A stretch of DNA of 64,000 bases from Cyanophora paradoxa CCMP329 (Eukaryota; Plantae; Glaucophyta), in NCBI GenBank assembly GCA_004431415.1, contig QPMI01000180.1, forward strand, positions 1 through 64,000. Reading direction: 5' to 3'. Positions 1 through 11,450 of this stretch are shown in pieces. Position 1 is the stretch's first letter; every line of letters begins with the position of its first letter. Below the pieces are notes generated by a model. The model saw only the letters and a list, made by a program, of their open reading frames with translations, was not told where the DNA came from and searched no databases. A program made the position numbers and the translations under genes.

Positions 1-3000
1 AGCAGCGACAGCGCGTAGGAGAGGCAGAGCCCGACGGCCCCCGCCGGCAGCCGCCCCCGCCCCGCCACGCAGAGCGCCCCCGCCCCGAACATCGCGATCC
101 CGCCCAGCACGTCCAGCCGCATCCCCAGCCACTGCAGCCGCCGCAGACGCGACGCACGCGTCGGCGGACAGACGGACGGGGGCGGGGGCGGGGCGCGGGC
201 GGGTGCGGACGCGGTTGGTGGCGTTCATGAGGAAGTAGGAGCGGGCGTTGGCGTCGGAGAGGGCGTCGCTGCGGGCCACGAAGCGGCCCTGCGCGCCGTA
301 CGCGCGGATGGAGGAGGCGCCGGCGAGGGACTCCCCGAAGAGGGCGAAGACGGGGGACTTGGAGACGGCCTCGAGGCGGGCGAGCTCGCGGCTGGTGGCG
401 CGGTAGTACTGCTGCACCCCGGCGAAGAGGGCGACGAGGGGCGCGACGAGCAGCAGCAGGCGGGGCACCACCCCGCACATCACCCCGATGATCGAGAGCA
501 CCGCAAACTGGCACCTGCCCGCCCCGCCCCGCCTCGTGAGGCCCCGGGGCGCGTCGCGGGGCGCGGGGCGCGGGGCGGCGCACCCGACGAACTGCTCGAG
601 GGTGTTGGGGAGGAACTGGTCCACCTGGTCGAGGTCTGCGGGGCGGCCCCTCAGCGGCGCTGGTCGGCCAGACGGGGCGGGGCGGGCGGGGAGGGGCGGG
701 GCGGGCCCTTGGCGAAGCGGTTGAGGATGCGGCCGACGGGGGTGGAGTCGAAGAAGGAGGCCGGGGCGCGCATGACGCTGCGGAACATGCCGCGGAAGAG
801 GGAGGAGGAGGCGCGGGCGCCGGCGTCGGCCACGGAGGAGGTGCGGAGCCAGAGGGAGAGGGCGTAGAGGGCCGTGCAGGCCCCCTGCAGGCCCAGGTAG
901 AAGAGCTGCCGCCCCGGGGCCCGCGTCAGACCCCGCGGGGCGGGGCGGGGCGGGGCGGAGCCGGGGCGGGGCGCACGATGGCGGGGCGGGAGAGGGGGTC
1001 GAGGGCGGCGGCGGCGGGGACGAGGGCCGGAGCGCGGGCGCGGGCGGCGGCCATGAGGCCGGCGATGCGGCCGCTTGTCCACTGCGAGAGCAGAACGTCG
1101 CCCGTCATCTGCCACGCCTGCGCCGCCCCGTCGGCTCGCGCGGGGCGGGGGTGGGGCGGGGCGGGGCGGGCCTGGGTGGAGGCGAAGAAGGCGAGGATGG
1201 GGAGGACGGCGCGGGCCCCGCCGGCGGCCGCCACGTACGAGCGGTACACGCTCCCGTCCACCGCCCCCGTCTCCCGCCCCTCCTCCCGCGTCAGCGCCCC
1301 GCGCCCGCCCCCCGCCCCGGCCCCGTTGCTCGAAGCCGGCCCCGCGGGGGCGGCGAGGGCCTCCGGGGCGGCGGGGGCCGGTGGGGGTGTGCCGGGCGCC
1401 GCCGCGGGGGCCGCTGGGGCCGCCTCCTCCTCCGCCTCCTCGTCGGGCCCGAAGTCGGCGAGGCGGTGGCCGCGCACGAGGGCCGCCAGCGCGCCCTCGC
1501 GCGCCAGCAGCTCCTCGTACGTCCCCTCCTCCGCGATGCGGCCGCCCTGGAGCACCACGACGCGGTCGGCGGCGGGCAGGGCCCCCACCTGGTTGGTGAC
1601 GAGCAGGCGGGTCTTGCCGGCGAGGGCGCCGTGGATGCAGCGCTCGAGGATGTGGCGGGCGACGTGCGCGTCGACGGCGCTGAGGACGTCGTCGAGGACG
1701 TAGACGTCGGCCTCGGCGTAGACGGCCCGCGCGAGGCTCACGCGCTGCCGCTGCCCGCCGGAGAGCGTGATGCCCTTCTCGCCGATCTCGGTGAGGTCCC
1801 CCGCGGGGAGCTGCGTGAGGTCGCGCTCCAGCGCGCAGGCGGCGAGGGCGGCGCGGTAGCGGCCCTCCTCGTAGGGGAGGCCGAAGAGGACGTTCTCGCG
1901 GAGCGTGGCGTTCATGATCCACGCCTGCTGCGGCACGTACGCCACGCGCCCCGCCACGCGCACGGGGGGCGGTCCCTCCCGCCCGGGGCCCGCCACGGGG
2001 ATCTCCCCCAGCACCGCCGCCGCCAGGCTGCTCTTCCCGGAGCCCACCGGCCTGCCCGCCCCGCCCCGATCAGACGCCGCGGGCGGGGCGGGGCGGTGCG
2101 GGGCGGGCGGGCGGACCCGACGACGGCGCAGAGGTGGCCGCGGGGGACCTCGAGGGCGATGTCGGTGAGGGTGCACGGGCCCTCCTCGCCCCGCCCCGGC
2201 CCCGCCGCGGCCGGCTCGTCGCCCTCGGGCTCCGGGAGGGGCGTGTCGCCGGGGGCGACGATGCCGCCGCGGTCGAGCTCCTGCCCGACGTCCAGCGCGG
2301 CGTGCTCCGCCCGGGGCGCCCCCGCCGCGTCGGGCGCCTCGCAGTCCCAGCAGAAGCTCGCCCCCTTGATGGCGATGGCGGGCCCGGGCGCCGAGGCCGG
2401 CACGCTCTCCACGGGGATCACCTCCTCCGAGAGCAGGAACCGCTTCACCCTGCAGGCGCCGTCAGAAATGCTGCGGGCGGGGCGGGGCGGGCGGGGCGGG
2501 CGGACCGCTGGAGGGAGAGGCGGAGCTGGACGAGGACGCCGACGATGGCGGGGAAGTAGGTGAGGGGGAAGCGGAGGACGGCGAAGAGAGCGATGCCGGA
2601 GAAGACGCGCTCGGGGCTCATGGCGCCGCCGGCGAGGGCGAAGGCGGCGAAGGTGACGGTGGAGGTGAGGGAGGGGGTGGCGAGGAGGAGGAAGGTGGCG
2701 AGGGCCTTGAGGCGCGCGGCGCGGCGCACGAGGTCGACTTCGGCGTCACGCAGCTCCTCCATGCGCGCCCGGAAGCCGGCCTCCCAGCCGGCGTACTTGA
2801 TCGCCCGCATCCCCTGCAGGATCTCCGACGCCATCTGCACCCGCCGGTCCGCCACCGCGTTCTGCGCCCGCCGCAGCTCCTGCGTCTGCCTCGCCACACG
2901 CATGTTCACCTGCGCGCGCGTCGGCGCGGATGAGGGGGCGGCCGGGTGGGGCGGGCTGGGCGGGGCGTCGGACCGGGAAGAGGCCGGCCATGACGGTGAG

Positions 3001-4598
3001 GCCGGCGAGGGCCGGCTGCGCGGCGTCAGGCCCCACGAACAAAGCGGGCGGGGCGTGGCGGGCGCGCCCAGCCGAGGAGGCGGAAGAGGAGGCCGACGAC
3101 GACGATGACGACCACGGGCGAGCTGAACGTCGACTGCCGCGCGCCCCGCTCAGCCCCGCGCGGCGGTCCGGGGCCAGGCGGGCCGGCGTGTGCGGGCGGG
3201 GGCACCTGGAAGAGGGGCGCGAACTCGACGAAGCGCTGGGCGTCTGCGGCCGCCCGCGCCTCAGCGGCGCCGCCGCGCGGTGGAGAGCGGGCGGGGCGGG
3301 CGGGGCGGGGCGGGCCGATGCTCATGAGGTTGACGATCTTGCCGACGGACGACTGCTGGCGGGCCCGGTTGCTGAGCCGCAGCGCCTTCCGGTACACCGC
3401 CCCGCACACCGCCGCCCGCATCTGCGCCCCGCCCCCGCCCCTCAGCCGCCGCCGCCCGCCGCCCCCGGCGCCGCCCCCCTCGCCTGGATCGCCGCCCGGA
3501 ACTGGATGTGCAGCAGGTGCTGCCGGGGCGTCAGGCCCGCCCCGTAGCGGAACGCGGCACGTCGCGGAGCGCGGCGGCGGGGGCGGCACCTGGTTGCAGA
3601 GGGTGCCGACGAGCGGGCCAAGCAGGAGGAGGAGGGCCAGCCTGTAGCCTTGCCTGCGGGCCGGCTCGAGGCTCAGCGCCGGCGCGGCGCGCTGGGCGGG
3701 GCGGGGCGGGCGGACGCGGCGGGGGCGGCGGGGCTCTTGACGAAGGCGACCATGCGCTGGAGGACGAGGGGCCCCGCGACGGCGATGCCCTGCCCCGCGA
3801 AGTTGAGGGCGTTCGAGAGCACCAGCGGCCCCCCGAACACCGCCACCAGCGCCCGCAGCACCGACGCATCCTCGCCCCTGCCCCGCCTTCGGCGCGAGCC
3901 GGCGCCGGCGCGGGGCCGGGCGCGGGCGCGGGGCGGGGCGGGCGCACTTGGCGGCGACCTCGCGGGACCAGGCGGCGTCGAAGAGGTCGTGGGCGCGCGT
4001 CGCCTGGTCGACCTGCGCGAGCTCCGGCAGGTCCCCGTCGTCCAGCGGCCGCTGGTAGCCCGTCTCTGGCCCCGCAGCCTCAGCCGCCGCCCCGCTTCGC
4101 GCCCCGCGCCGGCCCCGCGCGCGCGTGGCGCACTGATTATCCGGTCGAGGAAGCCGAAGGTCAGCTTCGAGAGCAGCCCGGCGCGCTCCTCGGGGCTCGC
4201 CTCCCGACCTTCTCCGCCAGCTGCAGCGTCCGCCGCAGCCGCCTGCACGCGGCGCCTTGAGCGTCTGGCATTGGACTCGGCCGGGTGACGACCCAGCGCA
4301 CCGAGCACTGCGGTGGTCCGGAGGCGCCGGTGATGTCGCGCGGCGTGCTGGGTGCGAAGCGCCGACGAATCGCGCCGGCGGTGGTCGGGGCGGATGCAAA
4401 GAAGGGGCTGCGGAAGAAGCCATACGAGAGGCGAGGCTGCGATACGTGCGCTCTACTCGTGCACGTGCGCGCCGCGCCCCTGATAATGCCGGCTGTGTGG
4501 CGGCGCGATCCGCCGTCCCGCTCATAAGCTATCCCTCCGCATGGTACACTGCTTCTGCTGACGACGAGGCCCGGAGCGGGCCAGCAGAAGGCGGACAT
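1..4598 (-). CDS. ABCC/MRP-type ABC transporter, short form without TMD0, multi-exon; C-terminal part runs off the window start; N-terminal plastid transit-peptide-like leader
   Basis: Spliced exons give the L0 motif SPEERAGLLSKLTFGFLDRII..GYQRPLDDGDL, TMD1 (GKIVNLMS, EILQGMRAIKYAGWE), NBD1 with Walker A GPVGSGKSSL, signature LSGGQRQRVSLARAVY and Walker B VYVLDD, then TMD2 (FFDSTPVGRILNRFAKDLDQVDQ, YYRATSRELARLEAVSKSPVFALFGESLAG). The ATG at 4598 starts MSAFCWPAP and joins the L0 exon in frame through a GT..CAG intron. Confidence 0.92.
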
Positions 4599-4741
4599 CG
4601 CACAGAAACAGTGTACCCCCCTCGTCCCCCGCTCCCACCCCCCGCTTTCTGCCTCGTGCGCACGCTTTGCGAAGCTTCGGGCGCCCTCTACGATTCAGAG
4701 CGGCCCAGCTAGCTGCGCGCAGGCCTACGGGATGGGGGCGG

Positions 4742-7700
4742 CTACTGGGCGCCGGGGCCGGCGCCCTCGCTGAAGACCTGCTCGAAGCGCTTGCGGTAGG
4801 CCTGGCGGGTCGTCTCCGCGTAGCTCCCCGCCCACGCCGCCGACTCCGCCGACTCCGCCCCGAGCCCCGCCCGCTCCGCCCGCATCGAGATCTGCGGCGC
4901 GCTGAGCGCCGAGCCGGGCGGGCGGGGCGGGGCGGGGCGGACGCCGACGGGGTCGACGGCGCCGTCGCCGGCCTTGCCGAGGCCGGCGCCCTGCCAGCCC
5001 ATGCTCGCCATCATCTGATGGCCCTTGTTCGAGGCGTCGAGCTTCGTGTTCAGCGCCACCGCCGTCGGCACCGCCGCCGCCGGCTGCGGCGAGCGCGACG
5101 CCCCGTGCCCGTGCCCGTGCTGCGCCGGCGCCGCCCCCGACGAGACCTGCCGCGCGCAGCCTCGGCGGCGGCGGCGGGGCCGGCGGGGGCGGGGCGGGCG
5201 GGGGCCGCACGGCGCGCTTGTCGAGCTCCTCGTTGTGGCGGCCGGGTCCCCAGATCGCGCGCAGCTCGGCCGCGCGGTCGCGGTACTGGTGCCCGTGCTC
5301 GCCGCCGGTGGGGGCGGGGGCGGGGGCGGCCTGGTGGGGCTGGGTCTGGTGGGGGGCGCCGGCGGGCCCGATGAGGCCGCGGGCGCGGGCCTCCTCGAGG
5401 GACTTCTTGTGGAGGTCGGACTTGGCCTCGTGCGCGAGCAGCACCTCCGCCGAGCCGAGCTTGCGCTTGCAGAGCGTGCAGATCAGGTTCGCCATGTCCA
5501 GGCACGCCCGCGAGAAGGCCGCCACGTCCGCCTCGCTCGGCACGTACGCCGCCGCCGCCGCCGCGTCCGGGGGCAGCGGGCTCGTCGCGAGGCCGTGGGC
5601 GGGGAGGGCGGCGGGGGAGTGGGAGGGGCCGGCTGCGGGGACGGCGAGGGAGGGGGCACCGACGGGGGCCGAGTTGGCGGATGACATGTGCGCGATGTGC
5701 GGGTGGTGCCCTGCGGCCGCCCCCGGGGCGGCGGCGGCCGGGGCCGGCTCGGCGCGGGCCTCCTGCTGCCGCTCCTTCCACTTGGCCATGTTCTCGTCCA
5801 CCTTCTTCGACTTGGCGCCCAGCGGCGCCGTCACGGCCGCCGCCGCTGCCGCCGCCGCCGCCGCCAGGCCGGTCTTCTTCGGCTGGAACGCCACCGACAC
5901 CCGCGTCCGGTCTGCAGGCGGCGCGCCTCAGCAGCGGCGCGGGGCACGGGGCGCGGGGCGTGGCGAGGCGGGGCGGACCCTTGGCGGGGGCGATGGCGGT
6001 GGGCGTCGACGGGACCGCCGGCTTCGCCTCCGGGCTGCTCCCGTTCGCCGCCGCCGCCGCCGCCGCTGTCGCCGCCGCCACCCCGCCGTCGGCGGTCGGC
6101 GCGGCGCCCGGGGTCTGCTCGGCCGTGGCCTGTGCCGGGGCGCTGGGGGCGGTCAGGCGGGCCGGGGCGGGTCGCGGGTCGCGGGTCGCGGGTCGCGGGT
6201 CGCGGGGCGCGGGGCGGGGCGGGGCGGACGTGTAGGGGAGGTAGGCGCGGTGGGTGGGGTCCCAGTAGCACCAGACGCCGGTGGCGGCGTTGTAGTAGAG
6301 GCCGCGGGCGAGGTCGGCGTAGAGCCCCGTCACCGCGTCGTAGTAGTACCCCGACGTCGCGTCCGGCAGGTACCGCGCCCGCCCTGCGCGGGGAGGGCGG
6401 GCGCCCGTCGGCCGGCCGGCCCACGGGAGAGGGCGCGCTGGCGGGGGGGCGGGGCACCCTCGGGCGTGGTGGCGTCCACGGGGGGCGCGTTGGGGTTGGT
6501 CGGCGCCGGCGGCATCGCCTGCATCGCGATCGGCGCCGGCGTCGTCGGGGCGTGGTACGCCGACACTGCGCCCCGCGTGGGCGGGGCCCCGGGGAGGGCG
6601 GCGCTGGGGAGCGCACTGTCGTGGCCGGCCTTCTGCTGCTGCATGACCCACCGCGCTTGCTCCGGCGTCAAGTGCGCCAGCCTGCGCGACCCCGTCGCAC
6701 ACAGCCGGGCCCCCGGGGGCGGGAGGGGCGGACTCCGGGGGCGGGGCGGGGCCCCAGTCCTTGCGCTCGAAGGTGATGCGGAGGGGGGCGCCGTCGAGGG
6801 CGAGCTGGTACTGCTCGGCCATCCGCTTGGCGGTCTTGGAGGCCTCGACGGAGACGAACTCGACGAAGCAGAAGCCGCGGTTGAGGCCCGTCGTGCGGTC
6901 CCGGATCATCCGGATGTCCTTCACCTGCGCGAACGCCGCGAACGCCCCCCGCACCTGCCCGCGCCCAACGACGCGCCCCGTCACGCAGGCAGGAGCGGCG
7001 GGCGGGGGCGGGCGGGGGCGGGGCGGCGGGGCGCGCCGTCTCCTCGGAGGTCTGGGGGTTGAGGCCCTTGACGACGAGGACGTCGCTCGGCTCGATCGGC
7101 CCCGCCCCGCCGGCCGCCACCGGCGCCTGCACCAGCACCGCGTTCGACTGCCGCTCCGCCATGCACTGGAAGCACTGGAACCGCCGCGCGAAGTTCCGCG
7201 CCCCGCACTGCCGTCCCCGGGCCGTCAGCCCCGTCGACGGGGCTGCCGCGAGGGCGGGTCGCACCGCGGAGCACATCCAGTCGCGGTTGGCGAAGCCCGC
7301 GGAATTGCTGCCCGGCGGGCCGGACCCCTTTTCCCAGCTGCGCCCAGGGCTCGTTCAACGGAGTCCCGCGCGGGGGCGGCGGCGGGGGCCTGCGTGGGCG
7401 GGGCGCACCCGTAGGCGAGGACGGCCTCCTTGTTGCCGATCTGGAAGCGGCCGCCGTACGAGTCGTAGATGTACTTGGCGACCTCGATGGAGGGGAAGTC
7501 GACGAAGGCGAAGCCCCGCGACTCGCCCGTCACCTTGTCCCTGCGCCCCCGCGGCCGTCAGCATCAGCCCAGACGCCCCGGAGGCCGCGGAACAGGGCCG
7601 CTGCCGGCGCGCTTGTCGCCGGCGGCTTCGAGGGCGCACCGGATGACGCGCGCGTTCACGACTTGGGCGTGCGGGCCCAGCGCGAGCGTGAGCATGTCCT

Positions 7701-8270
7701 CCGTAATGTGCTTCTCGATACCTGCGCCAGCGATTTGGCTGGAGGCTTCCGCGACAATCGCCAGGCGCGCGCGGAGACCCTTGAAGATCAGGCTGTTGGA
7801 TGGAACCCCGGGGTCGTGCGCCATTCGCTGCTGGCCGCCTCCGCCGCCTCCTCCTCCCTGCCAGCCGCTCTCGTAGTCTTCATATCGACTGTCATAGTCC
7901 TGCGGGCGCTGGTGTGAGCAGACGAATCCGTGCGCGTGTGCGGCGAGACTTGGGCTCACCTCGTCCCGGTGGCGGTCTCGTCCAGAGCGCTTTCGGTCGC
8001 GCCCAGGCGAGCGGCTCCTTGAGCGAGACCTATCGTCGCCCGCCGAAGGAGGTGAATGAGTGGGAAGGGCCGAAGAAGAGCCTCGCTCGCTCTCGACCTG
8101 GATCGCCGTTTCCGTGAATCAAACTTGTCGTGCTCCCATCGGTCGTCCCTGCGCTCAACAGCGTGAGGCGCGTCGCAAGGTCTGCCTTGCGGCAGACGAG
8201 CCAGGCCGCACCTCCTCCTGTCGCGGTCTCTGTCTCCCCGGTCTCGGTCCCGATCCCTGTCCGCGTACAT
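4742..8270 (-). CDS. RBM5: RBM5/RBM10 (plant SUA-like) splicing factor: RRM, RanBP2 zinc finger, RRM, OCRE, C2H2 zinc finger, G-patch
   Basis: RD-rich start MYADRDRDRDR; RRM1 IRDKVTGESRGFAFVDF; zinc finger DWMC..CGARNFARRFQCFQC; RRM2 IRDRTTGLNRGFCFVEF; OCRE DATSGYYYDAVTGLYAD; C2H2 CTLCKRK..HEAKSDLH; G-patch SNKGHQMMASMGWQGAGLGK; stop at 4742-4744. Confidence 0.92.
6169..6203 (+). repeat. Intronic tandem repeat (GGGTCGC)x5
   Basis: Five exact 7-bp copies inside an RBM5 intron. Confidence 0.9.
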
Positions 8271-8422
8271 CTTCGCGGGCTCTGGCAGCCGGTGGGCTCT
8301 TCACTTTTTTCCCGCCGGGGGGTAGTGGGTGAAAGAGGGGCGCTCGCGCTGGAGTGAGAGGGGGCGCGCTCCGTGATCGGAAGGAGACAGCGCGACGCTG
8401 TAGGAATCTCCGCTCTGTAGAA
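8271..8422. promoter_or_regulatory. Bidirectional promoter between RBM5-like and BUD22-like genes; contains an E2F-like TTTCCCGC at 8308-8315
   Basis: 152 bp separate the divergent ATGs at 8270 and 8423. The motif matches the TTTSSCGC consensus, but its function is inferred only. Confidence 0.55.
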
Positions 8423-10644
8423 ATGAAACCCCCGTCGCTGCGCAACAAGCACAAGCTGGAGGCCGAACTAGCCGGCGGCAACGCGCGATTAGCGAAGCTA
8501 ATCCGCCAGCTGATGAAGCGAGGTCGCTCTCCAGCTCAGATCAGGGCCGAAATCAGCAAGCTGCGGTCGAAGGTCGACGGCGACGCTGATCAGGACGACG
8601 CGCAACTGTCACGGGAGTTGCATCGCGTGCTGAAAAAGGCCAAGACGTTCGAAGTGCAGCGCCTCGTGAAGGCGATCAAATCTCACAAAGGTGCGCTTCG
8701 AGAAGCTCTGCCGCGCGCGCCTGGCGTCAATCGGGCGCCAATGACACTGTGCCATGCTTTAGATGCGTCTGAGAGCTCAAAAGTGAGCCGGCTGGAAGCG
8801 GATTTGAAGATCGTGAAGGTGTGTACGAGCCCCGTCGCTCGCGCGGAGTGGGCCGAGCCTCGCGCCAGGCGTTCAAGGTCGAGGAGCTGGTCCACCACGG
8901 CATGCAGCGCATCCGAAACGGCGGGCGTGGCGAGGGCGACGGCGGGGACGACGACGCGGGGCGGCTGCGGGCGGACATCTTCAGGCAGAAGCCCGTCGTG
9001 GCGTTCGTGGACAAGTACCGGGCGGACAAGGCGCACGAAGACAAGCAGAAGCGCCGCGCGGAGAAGCGCGCCGCCATGATCGCCGCCCGCCAAGCCGCCA
9101 AGGCTGCCCGGCGGAGTGGCAAGGCGAAGGAGAGCAAGGCCAGCGGCGACGAGGCGAGCGGCGCGGAGGCGAGCGGCGCGGAGGCGAGCGGCGCCGAGGA
9201 GGATGAAGAAGGGAGCGAAGCTAGCGGGGGCGAGGAGGAGGGGTCGGCCGGAGGCGACGAGGCGAGCGAGGGCGACGGGGAGGGCGCCGCGAGCTCGAGC
9301 GGCGAGGGCGGCGAGGGCGACGAGGACGGGGGCGGCGCGGACGGCGAGCAGGGCGAGGCGAAGGCGGGCGGCAGCGGGGACGGCGGCGAGGGCGAGGACG
9401 AGGCGCCGGAGGCGGCGGAGGAGGAGGAGGACGAGGAGGACGAGTACGGGTGCGTGCGAGCACGTGCGGGCTGGGCCGGGCGGGGGGGCGGGGCGTGACG
9501 GCGGGGGCCAGGGATCTGGAGCGGGAGTACGCGGGGATGCTGGGGTCGGGGAGCGAGGCGAGCAGCGACGCCGGCTCGCTGCCCCCGCCCGAGGACGACC
9601 TCGAGGACTACGGGCCCCTCCCCTTCGGCCTCCCCGACACCGCCCCGGGCCCGGCCCCCAAGTCAGGCAAGGGCAAGGCCGCCCCCGCCAATGCCGGCGG
9701 CGGCAAGCAGGGCAAGGCCGGCGCGCCGGCGGCCAAGGCCGCGCAGGCGGAGAAGCCGGCGGCAGCGAAGCCGGCGAAGCCAGCGGCGGCGGCAGCGAAG
9801 CCGGCGGGGAAGGCGGCGGCTGGGAAGCCGGGCAAGGCTGCGAGGGGCGGCGAGGCGGCGGCGGCACCGGCGGCTTCGGCGGCGGGGACTGTGCCGGCGG
9901 CGTCGAAGAAGGGCGTCGTGGTGGAGTCGATGTTCATCGACACGCTCGGCGCCGGCGGCGCACCGGCCCCCAAGAAGCCCAAGAAGGTGCCCCGCCTCGT
10001 CCCCGCCGCTCTGCGTCGGCGCGGGGCCGACGCGGCGCGCAGGTGAAGAAGGGCGGCGGGGAGAAGGCGCCGGCGGAGGCCTCCGGGGACGAGGGCGACG
10101 CGGCGGCGGCCGCGAAGGAGGAGAAGAAGAAGAACCGGAAGGGGCAGCGGGCCCGCCGGCAGTGCGCCCCGCCTCGTGCCGCCTCGCCGCCTGCGCCGGC
10201 GGGGCTGACGGGCGGGGCAGGGAGGCGCTGGCCAAGTTCGGGAAGGAGGCAAAGTTCCTGAAGAAGGCCGCCGCCGAGGGCGCCGCCCGCGGCGGTGCCG
10301 CCGCCGGCCGCGGCGGCCGCGGCGGCCGCGGCGGAGCGGCGGCTGCCGGCCCCGGAAGGCCCGCCGCCGGAGCGAGCGCTGGGCGGGGCGGGCGGGGTGG
10401 CGGTGCGGGGGCCCGCGGCGGGCGGCGTCCGTTGGAGAGCGGGGCGGCGGGCGGCTCTGCGGAGAAGCGGGCGAAGGTGGACGCGCCGGCAGAGGCCCAG
10501 AAGCCGGCGGCGGCGGCGGCGGCGGCGGCGCCGGTGGACCCCAACCTGCACCCGTCGTGGGCGGCGCGGAAGATGGCGAAGGAGAAGCAGGCGGCGACGA
10601 TACAGGCCTTCGCCGGCACCAAGATCACCTTCGGCGACGACTGA
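8423..10644 (+). CDS. BUD22: BUD22/SRFBP1-family ribosome-biogenesis protein
   Basis: N-terminal LHRVLKKAKTFEVQRLVKAIK, a long acidic and Lys/Ala-rich middle, KKNRKGQRARRQ, and the diagnostic C-terminus LHPSWAARK..QAFAGTKITFGDD*. Confidence 0.88.
9151..9195 (+). repeat. Coding 15-bp tandem repeat x3 (EASGA)
   Basis: gaggcgagcggcgcg twice followed by gaggcgagcggcgcc. Confidence 0.85.
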
Positions 10645-11450
10645 GGCCCCGCCCCGCGCCCCGCCCCGCGCGGCTCCATCCATATCGCCTCTCGTGTCAC
10701 ATTGTCTCGCTTAAATATGTCAACAGTACAGTAGGCTGCTCGTGTCACAGTATCGTGCTTCACCGCTGGTGGTCCGCAGGGCGATCGCGAGCGGCGAGCT
10801 AGCGCCTCGGGCCTGACCGTTCGCCCTGAACGCGGTACCCTACCGTCTGAAGCATCTTCATCAGCTTCGAAAATTCGGGTCGGGGCCGGCGTGGCGGCGA
10901 GGCTAATCTGCGGCACAGCCACGGCGCTGGGGCAGCTCCAGGCGAGCACCGTACTGTACGCGTGGAGCGAAGCAACCGTCGTGCCAGCGCGCCCAAGCCC
11001 ACGTGCACATCGGAGCGAAGTCCGAATCCGACTCCCAAGGGACGAATCGGAGGAGCCTGCAGCTGGCCGTCATCGGCCGTCATTGCTTCAGCGCTCCGGT
11101 GCTTAAGCTTGTACGCCCTCGCCGCCGCTAGGACGCTTAGGTCTTGAGCTTGCGATCCGCAACGGACATCGATCCGCAGCCGGACATCGATATCCGTGCC
11201 TTCAACAGACTAGGGCCCAACTCTGCTCATTGTGGCACGCTTCGCAGCCGCAAAGCAACCGTTAGAACCGCCGACGTCGACTGTGCGGCCTCTGCTCGAG
11301 TCGGAGGAGCTCGAGCGGCGCGCGCGTACACGTGGCAGCCGCGGAGCGGCGTCTCGTCTCATCCTCCCGTGCGGCTCTGCCTTCCCCCGTTCGCGGTTGT
11401 CAGGCGCTCACAGCGCGCGCGGTTTCAGAGCGCAGGACCCGACACCCGAG

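Noticed and set aside
4421-4423. Alternative ABCC start MASSAAPSLH
   Set aside because: It is not in frame with the L0 exon through the evident intron; the ATG at 4598 is, and it gives a transit-peptide-like start.
10799-11083. 94-aa minus-strand ORF between BUD22 and the protease
   Set aside because: No recognisable motif and no convincing splice pattern; cannot be supported.
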